NCBI RefSeq assembly: GCF_009914755.1
Contig: NC_060936.1
DNA from: the human T2T-CHM13v2.0 reference genome, Homo sapiens
Strand: one strand, 5' to 3'
DNA length: 64,000 bases
In this document: in pieces, positions 1 through 13,589 of the stretch
Position numbering within the stretch: position 1 is the stretch's first letter
Layout: each line of letters starts with the position of its first letter
Program-made: the position numbers and the translations under genes
Notes under the pieces: generated by a model
The model's input: only the letters and a program-made list of their open reading frames with translations
What the model was told of the DNA's origin: nothing
Databases searched by the model: none

Positions 1-450
1 GTATCCAGTTGTTCCGACATCATTTGATGAAAAAAGTATTTTTTTCTCTATTGTATTGCCTTTTCTCTTTTGGCAAAGATCAGTTGACTATATTTTTGTG
101 GATCTATTTCTGACTTGTCTATTATGTTCCACTGGTCTATTTGTATATTCTTTCACCAATACCATACTGTCTTTTTGTTTTGTTTCAACACTCTTTATCT
201 TAAATAATGCTTAAATTGAATATGAAATATAGGTTCCTTTTTAGAGTAGTAACTTTCCTCTCATGTTCCTTTTTTTTTCAAATTTATGTTTTTAGTTGAC
301 AAAGTTTTATATATATACATATATTAACGTGTACAGTGTGCTATTTTGAGGTATATATATACATTGTGAAATGACTAAATCTGGCTAATCGATGCACTGT
401 TTAGATTACTGTAGCTTTATATAGTAGGTCTTGAAGTTAGGTAATATCCA
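1..450 (-). mobile_element. Old L1M ORF2 fragment interrupted by an L1 3'-end fragment (about 270-392)
   Basis: Antisense L1 motifs: aagatcagttgactata..., ttcaccaataccatactgtc, gattactgtagctttata. Confidence 0.7.
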
Positions 451-1401
451 TTGTCAAAAAAAAAAGAAATGAAAGTTGATAAGGAGTTCCTCAAAACTCA
501 GAAATGACAAGAAAACAAACATATAGGTATAGTAAGTTATTGCTGAGAATTATCTATCTAGAGTAAGGAGGAATGTGCCTCCAGGTACCTGCCAAAAAGC
601 ACTTAAAAAGCTTTCTGAGTTGAAACAGTTTAAATTCACACTTCTAGAAATTCACATTAATGCGGATATATAGAACATAAATTAACTAAAAAAATAAGAA
701 AACACTAAACATCTCAGGAAATAAGCCACAAGAATGATAGTAAATAGAAATACAAACTACAAAATTAGCCCATTTGAATACTTAAGATAGTGGATTCATC
801 AGATACAGAATATGAAATAAGTATCTTTAGTTTAATCAAATGCATAAAAATTGATTTGATAATGTAATTAAGCAACGAGACCAGTAAAATTAGAAAACTA
901 AAAAAATAGTGATTCTAAAAATGAAAACTATTATTGATATTACAAACTCAATGGATGGATTAAAGAAAATTAGAACTACGGACCAACAAAAGTGAACCCA
1001 TTCTATTGTTACTATGCATTATCTATGCAGTTATATATTAAGTTCCAAAGGCAACACACTTTATTTGGGATTGTTATCTAATGTTATAAACTTGACATTT
1101 TCTTAGGACTCACATGACCTAAAATACTGGCAATTTTCTATAGAGACTTAAGAAATTTTTTCTGTCTTCTGGTGCTGTTACTCAAAAAGATATATTAGCA
1201 AGCATTCTTGACCCTTTTGAACACATAGAGCACTCAGCTATGAACTTAGACAACTTTAAACTCACCAGTTACCTTAATATTGGCAACATAGTGAAAAAGG
1301 GACCAGTCTAAGATTTAGAAAAAGGTTCCTAATTTGCCACTAAATAGCTCTTGCATCCTGGATGTCACTTAACTTTTCTCAATCTCATTTGAAAATATAT
1401 C

Positions 1402-1769
1402 TATATTAGTTTGTTCTCATGCTGCTATGAAGAAATACCTAAGATTGGGTAATTTATAAAGGAAAGAGGTTTAATTCACTGACAGTTCTACAGGGCTGGG
1501 GAGGCCTCAGGAAACTTGCAATCATGGCAGAAGGAGAAGCAAACACATCCCTCTTCACATGGTGGCAGTGAGGAGAAGTGGTGAACAAAAGGGGGAAAAG
1601 CCCCTTATAAAACCATCAGATCTGGTGAGAACTCACTATCACAAGAACAGCATGGAGGTAACCACCCCCATGATTCAATTACCTCCCATCAGATTTCTAC
1701 TACCATATGTGGGGATTATGGGAACTACAATTCAAGATATTTGTGTGGGGACACACCCAAACCATATCA
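1402..1769 (-). mobile_element. THE1-type ERVL-MaLR solo LTR
   Basis: tattagtttgttctcatgctgctatgaagaaatacc...ccaaaccatatca. ORF 1559..1795 is the typical THE1 artefact. Confidence 0.9.
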
Positions 1770-2932
1770 ATCTGTGTATCTTCTCTTTATTTTAAAAAAA
1801 TGCATTTTTATTTGTAAGTTCATCTGAGTATAGCTACAGTAAATATCTAAAGTTGATTTTTCTACCCTCAGGCTAGTAGTTAAACACTGATTAGGAGCTC
1901 TAGTAAATATCTGTACCTAAGAAATTGATGCCTAAGATTTATTCTTAATATTTTGAGGTAGCTGCCACAGGAGAAAAGAGCATGAGATGCTATTTCTTGA
2001 GCAAAAAAAATATTATCTAGGGATTTTATATATCTGATTGTTTCTTCACAACATCCATGAAAAAAAATACAATTACCCTCATTTTTTTGGAGACTGAAAC
2101 TAAAATTTTGAGCTTATGTAAGACTCATGAGAATTTGAACTTAGGTCTGACTCCAAAGCCCATGGTATTTCCACTTCATCAAGAAGCCATATTTTTCCAT
2201 GAGACTCCTCTTAATGTCATATTTCTTAATATGGAAATGAATGACATTTTAAAATGTTCTTAATATACTAGCTATAATAAATAATGCAGAATTTCTTTTT
2301 TTCTTGTGGAAGACTTTTAGAAAATAAGGAATAATTTTGAAATAGTTTTTCATATTTGTTCCCAGAGGACCTTATACATTTCTACTAAATTTATTCAAAT
2401 ATTAAATTATGAAAATGACAAAGCACAATAAACATTCCAGTCCTAGGATATTATGTATGAATTGGTCAAAAACCACAGTATTCTATAACTCCATAGTTTT
2501 CCTATGTAAGTACATTCTGAAGAATAGCTTTTTCACACATTTGGAGAATAAATATGTTTGTGATCATTTACAGCATATTTCTTGCCAATGCTTACGGAAA
2601 AACTAATATAATTTTTAGTTACATGTGTTTCCACGCTGCAAAAGGATGATAAAACACGATGTTTTTGATGTAAAGATAGTAGAATTTGTTGGACTTGTTT
2701 TTCCATTTTTGTTTTCTCTTTTTAAACTAAAATGTAAATGTCTTGGTTTAGCTTCTTGTTTTTTAAATTAAGAAAACAGTTTTATCAAGAGAAAATTTTT
2801 ACAAATTGAACACTCAAGATCACAGATAGTAAATAAGTTGGTTAGATTAACTACATCTATAGTGTTACTATAGTCGGAATTCTAATAGAAGAAAGAAGCA
2901 AATCATTGGTTTCGTATACAAGATGTACTTAG

Positions 2933-3448
2933 TGTTGGGAGACCGATCTCCATGGGACTCTCGTGTTTCTGAACATTCTGGAAGTGAGGCATGTACTGCC
3001 CTTTAGTTTCAGACTATTTTTTAAAAAATGTTTGTTTGTGTACTGAACAAACTTAGAAGATAAAGATAGTGTGCCCACTGAAGGTGAGGACTAATTCACT
3101 TGCTGCTCAGCACTATAAAGATAATGTTTTCCTCTAGTGCAAAGCATAGGTTGGTTTACAAGCAATTATAAAATATTTGAACTCCCTAAGGTTGGGATTT
3201 CTCAGCTATAACACAAACCAACCATGTGCATGGTGTCTACCTGAACTCCTTCACTTTACCTTTGTAGAAATTGAGGGGCAAAGGAGACCCACACAAATAT
3301 GCTGATGCTCATATTTCTTCTTGTGCTGTGAGTAAAACTTTTTCTTTCTGAATTAGGAGTCTTGCTTCTTTTTCAGCATTCATAAAACTATGCCATGCTC
3401 ACATCAACCTGAAAATAGGATAAAATCTCAAACCCTCAGAAGTCATGA
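2933..3448 (+). mobile_element. Old ERV LTR (MER90/MER92-like; subfamily uncertain)
   Basis: Starts tgttgggagacc...ctccatggg, has an agtaaa polyA-like motif near 3331, and is about 500 bp long. Confidence 0.55.
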
Positions 3449-4236
3449 TATAGAAAAACTTTAATTTCACTCTTATATACCCAAGGATGAATACATGGAA
3501 TTATAGAACGAATCATTCTTGCTTTATGAGTTGTTTTTAAGCATATGTATATTTTTCCCATCTTTTGACTTATTTACTTTGTGAAATGCTCTTTGTAACC
3601 ATAAGTGTATAATTATGGCTTCTTACCCATGTCGTAGTTTTAAGGAACACCAATCTACAATATTTTAGGACTGCAATAATGTGTCAAATTTACCTAGCAG
3701 TGGCTGTGATTTTGGGATACGTGTTATGTAAATTAGCACAAACAAGCCTTATCCCTAAAAACATGCCATTTTATGTAGCAGAGAGAGAGAAAGTATTGGA
3801 ATCACACAAACTTTGGCTCAAAAATCAAAATTGCCATTTCCAAAGTTTGCATCCACCAGAAATAACAAAGTGACAGTTATTTTTATATTTACTGTATTCA
3901 AATGATTTCACATCTTGCCTCACATATTGACATGTATTATTCCTATTTCACAATTAATAAAATTGATATTTAAAATGGTAATAGTCACTTTCTGCCTCTT
4001 AGTACAGTTTCCTCTCCACCATACCCCAAGTTATATTAAACTTGGATCATTCATAAATGATGGGCAATATTTTAATAATATATTTCTTTCCTTATAGAGA
4101 ATCACACTGGAAACCAACTCTGTTTATCATTTCTTCTACTAAATTAAGAATCATTCAGTTGTATGTGGTCCTTTGACTTCAGAAAAGGTGCTCTAAGTGA
4201 TCAGATAAAAGGAAACAAAAGGTTTAAAAAAATGGG

Positions 4237-4589
4237 GGCCAAGCATGGTGGTTCACACCTGTAATCCCAGCACTTTGGGAGGCTGAGGTGGGCAGGTTGC
4301 TTGAGTCCAGGAGTTTGAGACTAGCCAGGGCAACATGGCAAAAACCCGTCTCTACTAAAACTACAACAACAACAATAACAACAAAAAGTAGCCAGGTGTG
4401 GTGGCATGCACCTGTAGTCCCAGCTGCTTGGGAGGCTGAGGTGGGAGAATCACCTGAGCCCAGGAGATGGAGGCTGCAGATGGTGCTGAGATCACACCAC
4501 TGCACTCCAACCTGGGCAACCAAGGTAAGACCCTGTCTCAAAAAAACAAACAAAAAACACCACAAGAAAAGAAAAGAAAAGAAAAAAAA
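4237..4589 (+). mobile_element. Alu (AluJ-like) with a (CAA)n-expanded middle linker
   Basis: ggccaagcatggtggttcacacctgtaatcccagc..., two arms and an A-rich tail. Confidence 0.95.
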
Positions 4590-4699
4590 CAGGGAAACTA
4601 AATAGTGCAGAATTACTCTAGGCAAAGAAAGGCACTATGGGTTTATGATATTCAAGAGAAATACGTTTTTTTAAATGGGCAGTCTTTTTGGCCAAAAAA

Positions 4700-5044
4700 G
4701 TCGCAGATGGAAGATCCAAGTTGCAAGAATATAGAAAAATTAACTAAGAGGAGAATATGTTGGTGAAATCAAGCATAAATTTAAAATATTAATAACAGTA
4801 ATAATATGAAATGTAATGTTACATGTAAGGAACACAGAAATATCAATATATAACTGAAAAATGAAGCTAAATTGAGTCAAAATGTTCTATGATTCTTGTA
4901 TTCTCTAGGAGAGAAAAATGGTTACTTTTAGATTACGTTAAATTCCATGTATGTATATGTATATATATGTATATATATGTTCCATAAATATATGGAATAT
5001 ATTTATAATACGTATCGAATATATATTTTATATATATATAGAGA

Positions 5045-5081
<37 letters not shown>

Positions 5082-8000
5082 GGTTCTAGGGTAAAAACTC
5101 AGTGAGTAGGTTAAAACAATATTACTGCCACACTACTAGAAAGAAACCTGTAGAAAGAAAAGAAGTACTCTATCGAATATGGAGTCAAGAAAGTAAAAAA
5201 AAAATAACACAGTACAGATGGCATATAGAAGGCACAAAATGAGATTGTGTACTTAAACTCAAAATATAAGTACTTGAATTACATATAAATGATTAAATAG
5301 CCCAGGTAGCAAATAGTAATTATTTCTAGATTTTAAAAAAATCCAAGAAACAAACTTAAACTATAAAGGTGCAGTAGGTTCAAAAGCAAAAAGATAGAAA
5401 AAACATGCCACAAAAACTCTAACAACAGCAACAAAAAAAAGCTGGTGTTCTTATATTTATATAAGAAAAAAATACACATTGGGGGGAAAAATTACCAAAC
5501 ATAAAGAGCAGAATTTCAAAATGATAAAAAGTTCCATTTACTAGAGATATGATACTTTTAATAAACTAGTATAACACAACCTCAAAAATAAGGCAAAAAT
5601 TAAAGAATACTAAGAAGTAGCAAATTCCACAACTATATTGGATGATTTTAAGGACATTTCTATCACGTCTATATAGCATGTGACATCTATACTCAAAAAA
5701 TCAGTAAGGGACAGGCTTTGATAAACTGGTTTAATAAAATTTTCCTAAAATGCTTATACAGAACATTCAACAATTGGAAAATGTACATTATCCTTAGGCC
5801 CACATAGGACTTTTATCAAACTTGAACTTATACTGGCCTTAAATCAGGTATCAAAAAATGTCTTCAGGATTAAAATCTTATGCAGGGTGTTTTCTGAATA
5901 CAATGCTAGTAAACTACAAATCAATAATACCAATGTAACTAGAAAATCATTTTATTGGAAGTTAAAGAACACTTAAAAACTTATGAGTAGAAGAAATCAT
6001 AATGATTTTAAAAAGTAACAATAACAAAAACACCACATATTGTAGACAACAATAATTAATGAAATAAAAAAAGTAATAAAATGTATCAATAAGACCAAAA
6101 TTGTTCGAAAAGACTAGTAAATGTGATGCAACCCTGGCAAGTTTGATCCTGAAAATAAGAGAGAAAACACAAATAACCAGTATCATGAATAGAAAAGGGA
6201 TAGATTGACAGATGATACCAACTGTAAAGCTTTAATAAAATAATATTGTGAACAACTTTATGTCAATGCATTTGAAAATTTAGAGGAAATTTAAAAACCT
6301 AGAAAAATATAATTTCCCAAACTGGCCCTATTCTTAAACTAACTCTATGAATAAACAATCAGAAGGAAAAGAAATGCAACCAGTAATAATATTTTTTAAT
6401 CAAATATTGAAGATACATCTAACAAGAGATGCATAAGACCTTATGAAGAAAATCATAAAACTTTACTGAAAATGCTAAAGAAAAGCTTTAAGTATATTTA
6501 TAAATTGGAAGACTAAATATTAAAGAACTAAGTCTTTCCAAATTAACTTATGACTACAATCTCAATTAAATCCCACAAGGTGTTTATGAAAGCTGACAAG
6601 CAGAATCTAAGATTTCTATGGAAATTCAAAATCCACAAATAGCCAATTACACTCAACAAAGATAAAGTGGAAGAATTCACCATATCAAACACCACAACTT
6701 ATTATAAAACTGCATCATATAAGACAGTGAATATCATGTGATATGGTATGATATGGTGGTAATTGTGTGGTGGATAGACAGGGTAGGGAAAGGTAAGGAT
6801 ATAGAAAACAGCAGCGGGAGAGCCAAGACAGAGGCCCATACATATAATGTTTAGTTGATATTGTTATAGAGGTTGCATTCCAAATCAGTGAGGAATAGGT
6901 AGGGTTTTCTAAATCTTATTTTAAAGTTAGTTATCTATATTAAAATAAGTTATTCTGCCTACTTAAAAAAGACCTGTGTGTAAGAAGAAAAAATATAAAA
7001 CTTACAGAAGATAATATGGAAGAATATATTTATAAACTTAGATATGCAATTATTTCTTTAAAATTATGCAAAAAGTACTAGTCATATTAATAAATATATA
7101 CGCATTATAGTTAAGAACCCACATACATCGAAAGATGTCATAATAGTAGTGAAACAGCAGCTACATGGAGAAGGTATTTGCTACACAAACCAACAAGGCA
7201 CTCACATCCAGTATAAATAATTCTGAGGAAGCATTAAAATAGAGACAGTTCAAGAGAAAAATAAACAGGAAGTTTTAACGTACATCTTGTAAAAGAAATC
7301 CAAATAACTCATGAACATATAAACAAGTGATAATCTCATTTGCAACCAGAGAAAGGCTAATTAAAACACACAAACAAATAAACAACAAAAGCAGCCTAAC
7401 AGAACTTAGTATTATAGAGGACAAGAACCAATGAAACTCATATTTTGCTAATTGGAATATATTATAATTTGGGGTAACCATTTGACAAACAACTTTGACA
7501 CTCCAGTAGAGTTGAAGATATGCATACCCTATCCTCCTTCAAGCAACACTCATAGATATTTGCATCATAGGAAGCCTTGCACAAGGATAGTCAGAGCAGT
7601 GTTGTTCTTTTCCTTTTTAAGTTCAGGGGTACGTGTGCCGGTTTGTTACATAGCTAGACTTGTGTCGTGGGGGTTTGTTGTACAGATTATTTTATCATCC
7701 AGGTATTAAGCCTAGTACCCATTAATTATTTTTCCTGATCTTCTCCCTCTACCCACCCTCCAACCTCCAATAGGCCCCAATGTCTGTTGTTCCTCTCTGT
7801 GTGTCCATGTGTTCTCATTTAGCCCCTACTTATAAGTGAGAACAAACATTATCGGGTTTTCTGTTTCTATGTTAGTTTGCTAAGGATAATGGCCTCAAGT
7901 TCCATCCATGTCCCTGCTGAAATGACAGAAGTAGGATGCAAGTGTTGTTCTTAATAGTCCCAAACTGGAAACAACCGATGTGGCCACCAACAATGCAATG

Positions 8001-8250
8001 GATAAGCTCTAATACATTCATATAGTGAAATATACAGTACAGCAATAAAAAAAGAACCGTATCTATACACAGCAACGCAGATACATTTTACAAACAATAT
8101 TGAACAAATGAAAACAAAATAATACCTACAGAATTGTTCTATGTATAGTTCAAAAGCAAACAAAGCTATAATATAGTGCTTAAACATGTATGTGCTAAAC
8201 ATTATAAAGGAAATCAAGAAAGTCAAGGTTATAAGCTTAACTATAGTAGT
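4700..8250 (+). mobile_element. Degraded old L1M (ORF2 to 3' region), fragmented by later insertions and a (TA)n(GA)n tract at about 4950-5081
   Basis: A-rich sense strand with L1 ORF2-like remnants (caaactggaaacaacc, ctggcaagtttgatc, catttgaaaatttagaggaaat). Confidence 0.7.
7610..7940 (-). mobile_element. 5'-truncated older L1PA/L1PB 3' end with a 12-bp TSD
   Basis: ttaagttcaggggtac...gtgtccatgtgttctca. TSD agtgttgttctt at 7598-7609 and 7941-7952. Confidence 0.88.
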
Positions 8251-8270
8251 TGCCCTTAAGAGAAGCAAGA

Positions 8271-8630
8271 CCTTTTCTTTATTGTAATTTTGCTTTAAGT
8301 TCTGAGGTACATGTGCGGAACGTGCAGGTTCGTTACATAAATATACACATGCCGTGGTGGTTTGCTGCATCCATCAACTCGTCATCTACATTAGGTATTT
8401 CTCCTAATGCTATCCCTCTCCTACCCCCGCACCCCCTGACAGGCCCCGGTGTGTGATGTCCCCATCGCTGTGTCCATGTGTTCTCGTTCAACTCCCACTT
8501 ATGAGTGAGAACATGCAGTATTTGGTTTTCTGTTCCTGTGTTTGTTGAGAATGATGGCTTCCAGCTTCATCTATGTCCCTGCAAAGGACATGAACTTCTT
8601 CTTTTTATGGCTGCATGGTATTCCATGGTG
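8271..8630 (-). mobile_element. 5'-truncated L1PA 3' end
   Basis: ctttaagttctgaggtacatgtgc...caggccccggtgtgtgatg...gtattccatggtg. Confidence 0.9.
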
Positions 8631-9716
8631 AATTAGGAGAGATTTTGAGCAGGACCGCTGGTATGCAGGCAGTGTTCTATATTTTGAAATGATCAGAGGA
8701 ATATTTTTATGAAATTTCATTTATATAATTAATTTACATATAATTTAATATATAATGTATATAATTCTTTATATTTCATAGTATATTTATAAATCTTGCA
8801 ATTGAATATACACATAGTATATGTAAAATTTTGTGTATGTGTTATATTTCAAAACAAAATCATTGAAAATAGCTTTCAAAAATTAATATTTACATGATTA
8901 ATAGTTTAAAGCTAAAAAGTAATTTTACAGTGTAGACCAATTATTCCTACCTGTATTGACTCATTTCTCCAATAGAATATGAGTAGACAAGGACTGCTTT
9001 TACCTATTTTCAAATTAAACGTGAAATTCCTGTAAAAAGGACCTCATTTGTAAATTTCATTTACAAATGAAATTCTGCTACATAAAATAAAAGTCAGTCT
9101 TTCTAAAAATAGTACAATAAAAGATAAAACTTTGGCATTAATAAAGTATTCAGCTGGAAAACTCTTAAATATTCAGCCAGCTATAGGGATAATTGCTTAA
9201 TATTGTTGCTTATGGAAAACAACAACTTTAGAACCAGGTTTATTACTTTCTAATATGTTGGCATGCAAATTGTGAAAGTTATTTTTAATTATTGCTTTGC
9301 ATAATGCAAACAGTATTTTAATATATATTCAGTATTTCATTTGAACTTATCTCTGTATCAGAAACTTATCTATATAATTCAGTTTGACAAATACAAAAAT
9401 TATCATAGGCAGAAGTTTATAATAAAATGATATAAATGCACATAATGGGAATTTCATTATGAACATATAGACATATGTGCTATAAGCATTTCTGTTATAT
9501 AGCTATGTAATAATATAAAGTATGTTTTATTGAGTTTTTCAAGCTTCTATCACTAACATATCAACTCATACACTTATTGGTTTCTTTTGAAATAAAAGTT
9601 GTAAAGGAAATAAAACCACCTACTTGTCCCTCAATTAATAAATATATGTAAATCAGTAGAATTAGAAATACATTTTTATCAATGAGTGAAAACCTTTAGA
9701 TAGAGCAGGGACCTGA

Positions 9717-9718
<2 letters not shown>

Positions 9719-9810
<92 letters not shown>

Positions 9811-10079
9811 GGTATATATATGTGTGTATACATATGTATATATATATGTATATATGTATATGTGTATATATATGTATATATGTATATATGTATATATATG
9901 TGTATATGTATATATGTATATATGTGTATATATGTATATATGTGTATATATGTATATATGTGTGTGTATATATGTATATATGTGTATATATATGTAATGT
10001 GTGTGTATATATATAAAATGTGTGTGTCTCTCTCTATATATATATGTAATGTGTTCATACACACATATATATGTGTGTG
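9719..10079. repeat. Compound microsatellite (TA)n-(TG)~22-(TATATG/TATG)n
   Basis: Directly visible. It explains the four HIYIY/VCVC ORFs. Confidence 0.97.
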
Positions 10080-10719
10080 GCAGTAATATTTATGTGGCCA
10101 CTATCACCATGTTATTCTGAAAGCCAACCTACTGACATCATTAGATGCTCCATTATGCTATTGAGCGGGCCCTAGTTTGGATGACTTACTATATTAACAC
10201 TCCCTGAGGGAGTCTAGGTTGGATAGAGGAATATTTTTCAAGGATAATTAAATTGAGATGGTGAAACAGGAGAGAATCATGTCAATGGAGCCTCCTTCAT
10301 GGTTATTACTAATTGATAAAAATAATTTGTAATAACTTAAAATCAATTAAGACCATCTACTCTTCTTATCGTGTGGAAATTGATTTTTCTTTTTAAGGAT
10401 GCACTAAAATCCTTATATATTATGAAATAAAATACATTTAAAAATATGGGTTACATATTTAGAATTCTGGTAAGGAGTACTTCCTGGACTTACCCCCTAG
10501 ACAATTTTTCTGGCTAGTTTTGTGTTAATCATCAGTCTTTCCCTCCTGTCAGTGACCCCCTAGAACCCCGAAGTTGACCTGAATTTAGAGTAAGTCTTGG
10601 CCTTTGGCACTTGAGATAGCATTAAGGCTATGCATGATGGAATTCATTTTACTTTTTTAAATAAAAAATAGTAATATGGCTAGTAAATCCTTACTATATG
10701 TTACGTACTCTGTGTTCAT

Positions 10720-10815
10720 TCTATGTTATTATTTACCTTTTAAAAGGAGAAAACTGAGACAGAGAGAAGATAAATACTTTACCCAACATTATACAGCTAG
10801 TAAGTGAAAAAGCCA
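10720..10815 (-). mobile_element. MIR SINE fragment
   Basis: gaaaactgagacagagagaag...cagctagtaagtg core. Confidence 0.7.
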
Positions 10816-11067
10816 ACTTACTATGTACAGTTTCGTTGCTAGGCAGATACAAAGATGGATAAGGTACAGACCCTAGTTTTACAGACTGAATTAATTTATT
10901 CTCTAATGAATTTCCTATAAGTCAGATTCCAGGACCTCTTGTAATGGAAAATGAGGTAGTGTGACAGCCTCATGGGAAAAAATCATAAATTCCATGGCTA
11001 CTGGGTAGTTCTAAAAGCAATATCCTATTAACATTTACATTAATATTTCTCAGAAATGAATAAATAC

Positions 11068-11329
11068 CAGGACAGGGACAGAATTAGTATTACTGATTTT
11101 TCCTTTTGCATCAGGCTTCAATACAACTTGGCATAACACTGTTACTAATCCTGTTATTTAAAACTTTGATATTTTGCTTCTCTTAAATTTTTGCATTACT
11201 TTTGATTTTTAAATATTACAGTAAAATATTATTTATCTTAATCACTGAGGTTTTTTTGCACTTTCTTAAATGTTATGCCTAAGGCAAGTACCTCACTTGT
11301 CCTACTCACCTTACTCTAGTCCCAGCCCT
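11068..11329. mobile_element. hAT-type non-autonomous DNA element (MER96B-like)
   Basis: Imperfect terminal inverted repeats caggacagggac... and ...ctagtcccagccct around an AT-rich body. Confidence 0.55.
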
Positions 11330-12873
11330 AGTTATAGCACACATGGAGACACATTACATGTTAATGTATATATGACTTAAGCAACCTAGGATTTTCCTGA
11401 GTTATGTGATTCTCTGGAAAGAAACCAAAGAATCACCCTTTATATAGTATTTGGTACTGCACAGTAAAGATATTAGTGAGGAAATACAGCCCAGCTGAAC
11501 AATATACATGGCAAAACATATTTACTTTAATGTAGAGTTGTGTAGAAGTTGAATACAGATTATTTATTACAATTTGTTAATAAGCACAACTATAGTCGAT
11601 TTGTTAAAGGATGTTTCTGCTATTGCAGAGGGATTCAGTTAAATCTAGTAATTCCGTAATATCAAAAAATGTGTCTTGCAAAATCTAAATATTTTCCATG
11701 ATATAATTTAATAACTAATTTTATTTTTCTTTGCCTTCATAAAGGTTATTCATACACTTTATGTACTATCCCATACCCCAAATGGACCAATTTTGAGAAT
11801 GAATTCAAATGTCAGAAACTAGCACATAACTTTTCATTTTAGTTTTTTTTTCCCTCTCTGCCATAAAATATAGTGAAATATGTAAAGGAGTGACTGGTGC
11901 TAATGTTAGCCTTTGACCTTATATATAGGTTTGGCACTATTCCCAAAATTTCTGTTTTTTAAACTTTTGCACCAACAATTCTCTTTATTCATGAAGTCAT
12001 TTTTTCTGAGTGATCAATTACATATATACTTAAATATATTTTTAAAGAATAGGGATGTTGCTTGTCACACACAAATGGCTCTTATAGAGTTACTGGTTTC
12101 GTGCCAATGCTGTCAACTTTCCAACAACAGATTGGATTGGTTAAGGAAGAAACCATAAACAGCCTATCAACAAGTATTTATACGAATGTTAATGAAATTA
12201 AAATTCTGTTAGTGTAACATTTATGCCAAATTCCATTTTTAGTTGTGCTTTATTTGTGAGGTATAATGCAATAACTTATTTTAATAAACACATACAGACC
12301 ACTTTTGCTTTATAGTGTAAATCAAAATTTTAGTATTGCCGACATAAGATACATAGAATCAGCCATTTATCAAAGTTACCAAAAATATTTCCATTGCATG
12401 AAGAAGTGTTTTTCTGAGCCACAACTATGTCCTCCAAAAACTTTTGGTAAGGAAATGAACTCATCTCTATTAATGAAACCAAGAGTATTTTATTATATTA
12501 CTGAGAAAAGCCATTAAGGGAAAAGAAAATAGTCATGGGAAAGTTGCCATAAGTATTAAAAATATAAATAGTTAGCTTATTTTTCTGTGCCTTAAATGAT
12601 AATTGAATCTTAATCTCCCTCACTTTACGATATTATGTTATATTGAAAATTTAGAAAACTGATTTATTTGAAGCATATGGGTTTAATGAACACTTTTGTT
12701 GTGCTTTTCATGAAAAAAAGAATAATGTTTCCATTAATTTAAAAAGTACTTCATTTCTTTTGGTGAACTTCTTAAAACTAATCTGCTTTCCTCTATGATT
12801 GAGTATATTTCAAACATTTTATAAAGTAATTTTATATGAATGAGTAGTGTTTCTTTTTTTTGGTTTTGTGTTT

Positions 12874-13055
12874 TATTTTTATTTATTTATTTTTATTTTA
12901 TTTTATTATTATTATACTTTAAGTTTTAGGGTACATGTGCACAATGTGCAGGTTTGTTACATATGTATACATGTGCCATGTTGGTGTACTGCACCCATTA
13001 ACTCGTCATTTAGCATTAGGTATATCTCCTAATGCTATCCCTCCCCCCTCCCCCC
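12874..13055 (-). mobile_element. Short young L1PA 3' stub inside the tail of the adjacent Alu
   Basis: tatactttaagttttagggtacatgtgcac...cctaatgctatccctcccccc. Confidence 0.92.
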
Positions 13056-13365
13056 TGTTTTTATTTAATTTTATTTTTTGAGACAAAGTTTCGCTCTGTC
13101 GCCCAGGTTGGACGGCAGTGGCGTGATCCTGGCTCATTGCAAACCCCTCCCCCCAGGTTCAAGCAATTCTTCTGCCTCAGCCTCCCTATAGTAGTTGGGA
13201 TTACAGGCGTGCAATACCACACACCCGGCTAATTTTTGTATTTTTATTAGAGATGGGGTTTCACCATGCTGGCCAGGCTGGTCTCGAACTACTGACCTCA
13301 GGTGATCTGCCCCCATCAGGCTCCCAAAGTGCTGGAATTACAGACGTGAGCCACCACGCCTGGCC
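13056..13365 (-). mobile_element. AluS
   Basis: Full antisense Alu ending ...ccacgcctggcc. TSD tggttttgtgttt at 12861-12873 and 13366-13378. Confidence 0.95.
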
Positions 13366-13589
13366 TGGTTTTGTGTTTAATTCCATACCATTAGTTGTTA
13401 ATTTTTATCCCAATCTAATCTTGACCTTCAGAGCTAAAGTTTCTATTATAATAATTAAATTAATCATGTTTAGACATATGTTATCCTCCACAATGCACAG
13501 ATTTGTCCACATGCTAAAAACATCCAAATTCTAGTTCTACTTTTCTCAGGGTACTGAGACAACATTAATTGACTGTAATAATTATTTTA

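Noticed and set aside
4224-4625. 133-aa and 105-aa ORFs, plus similar ORFs at 13032-13534, 23113-23399, 32043-32318 and 53968-54500
   Set aside because: Alu-derived reading frames.
9679-10086. Four 84-127 aa ORFs (HIYIY/VCVC-rich)
   Set aside because: Translations of a stop-poor TA/TG microsatellite.
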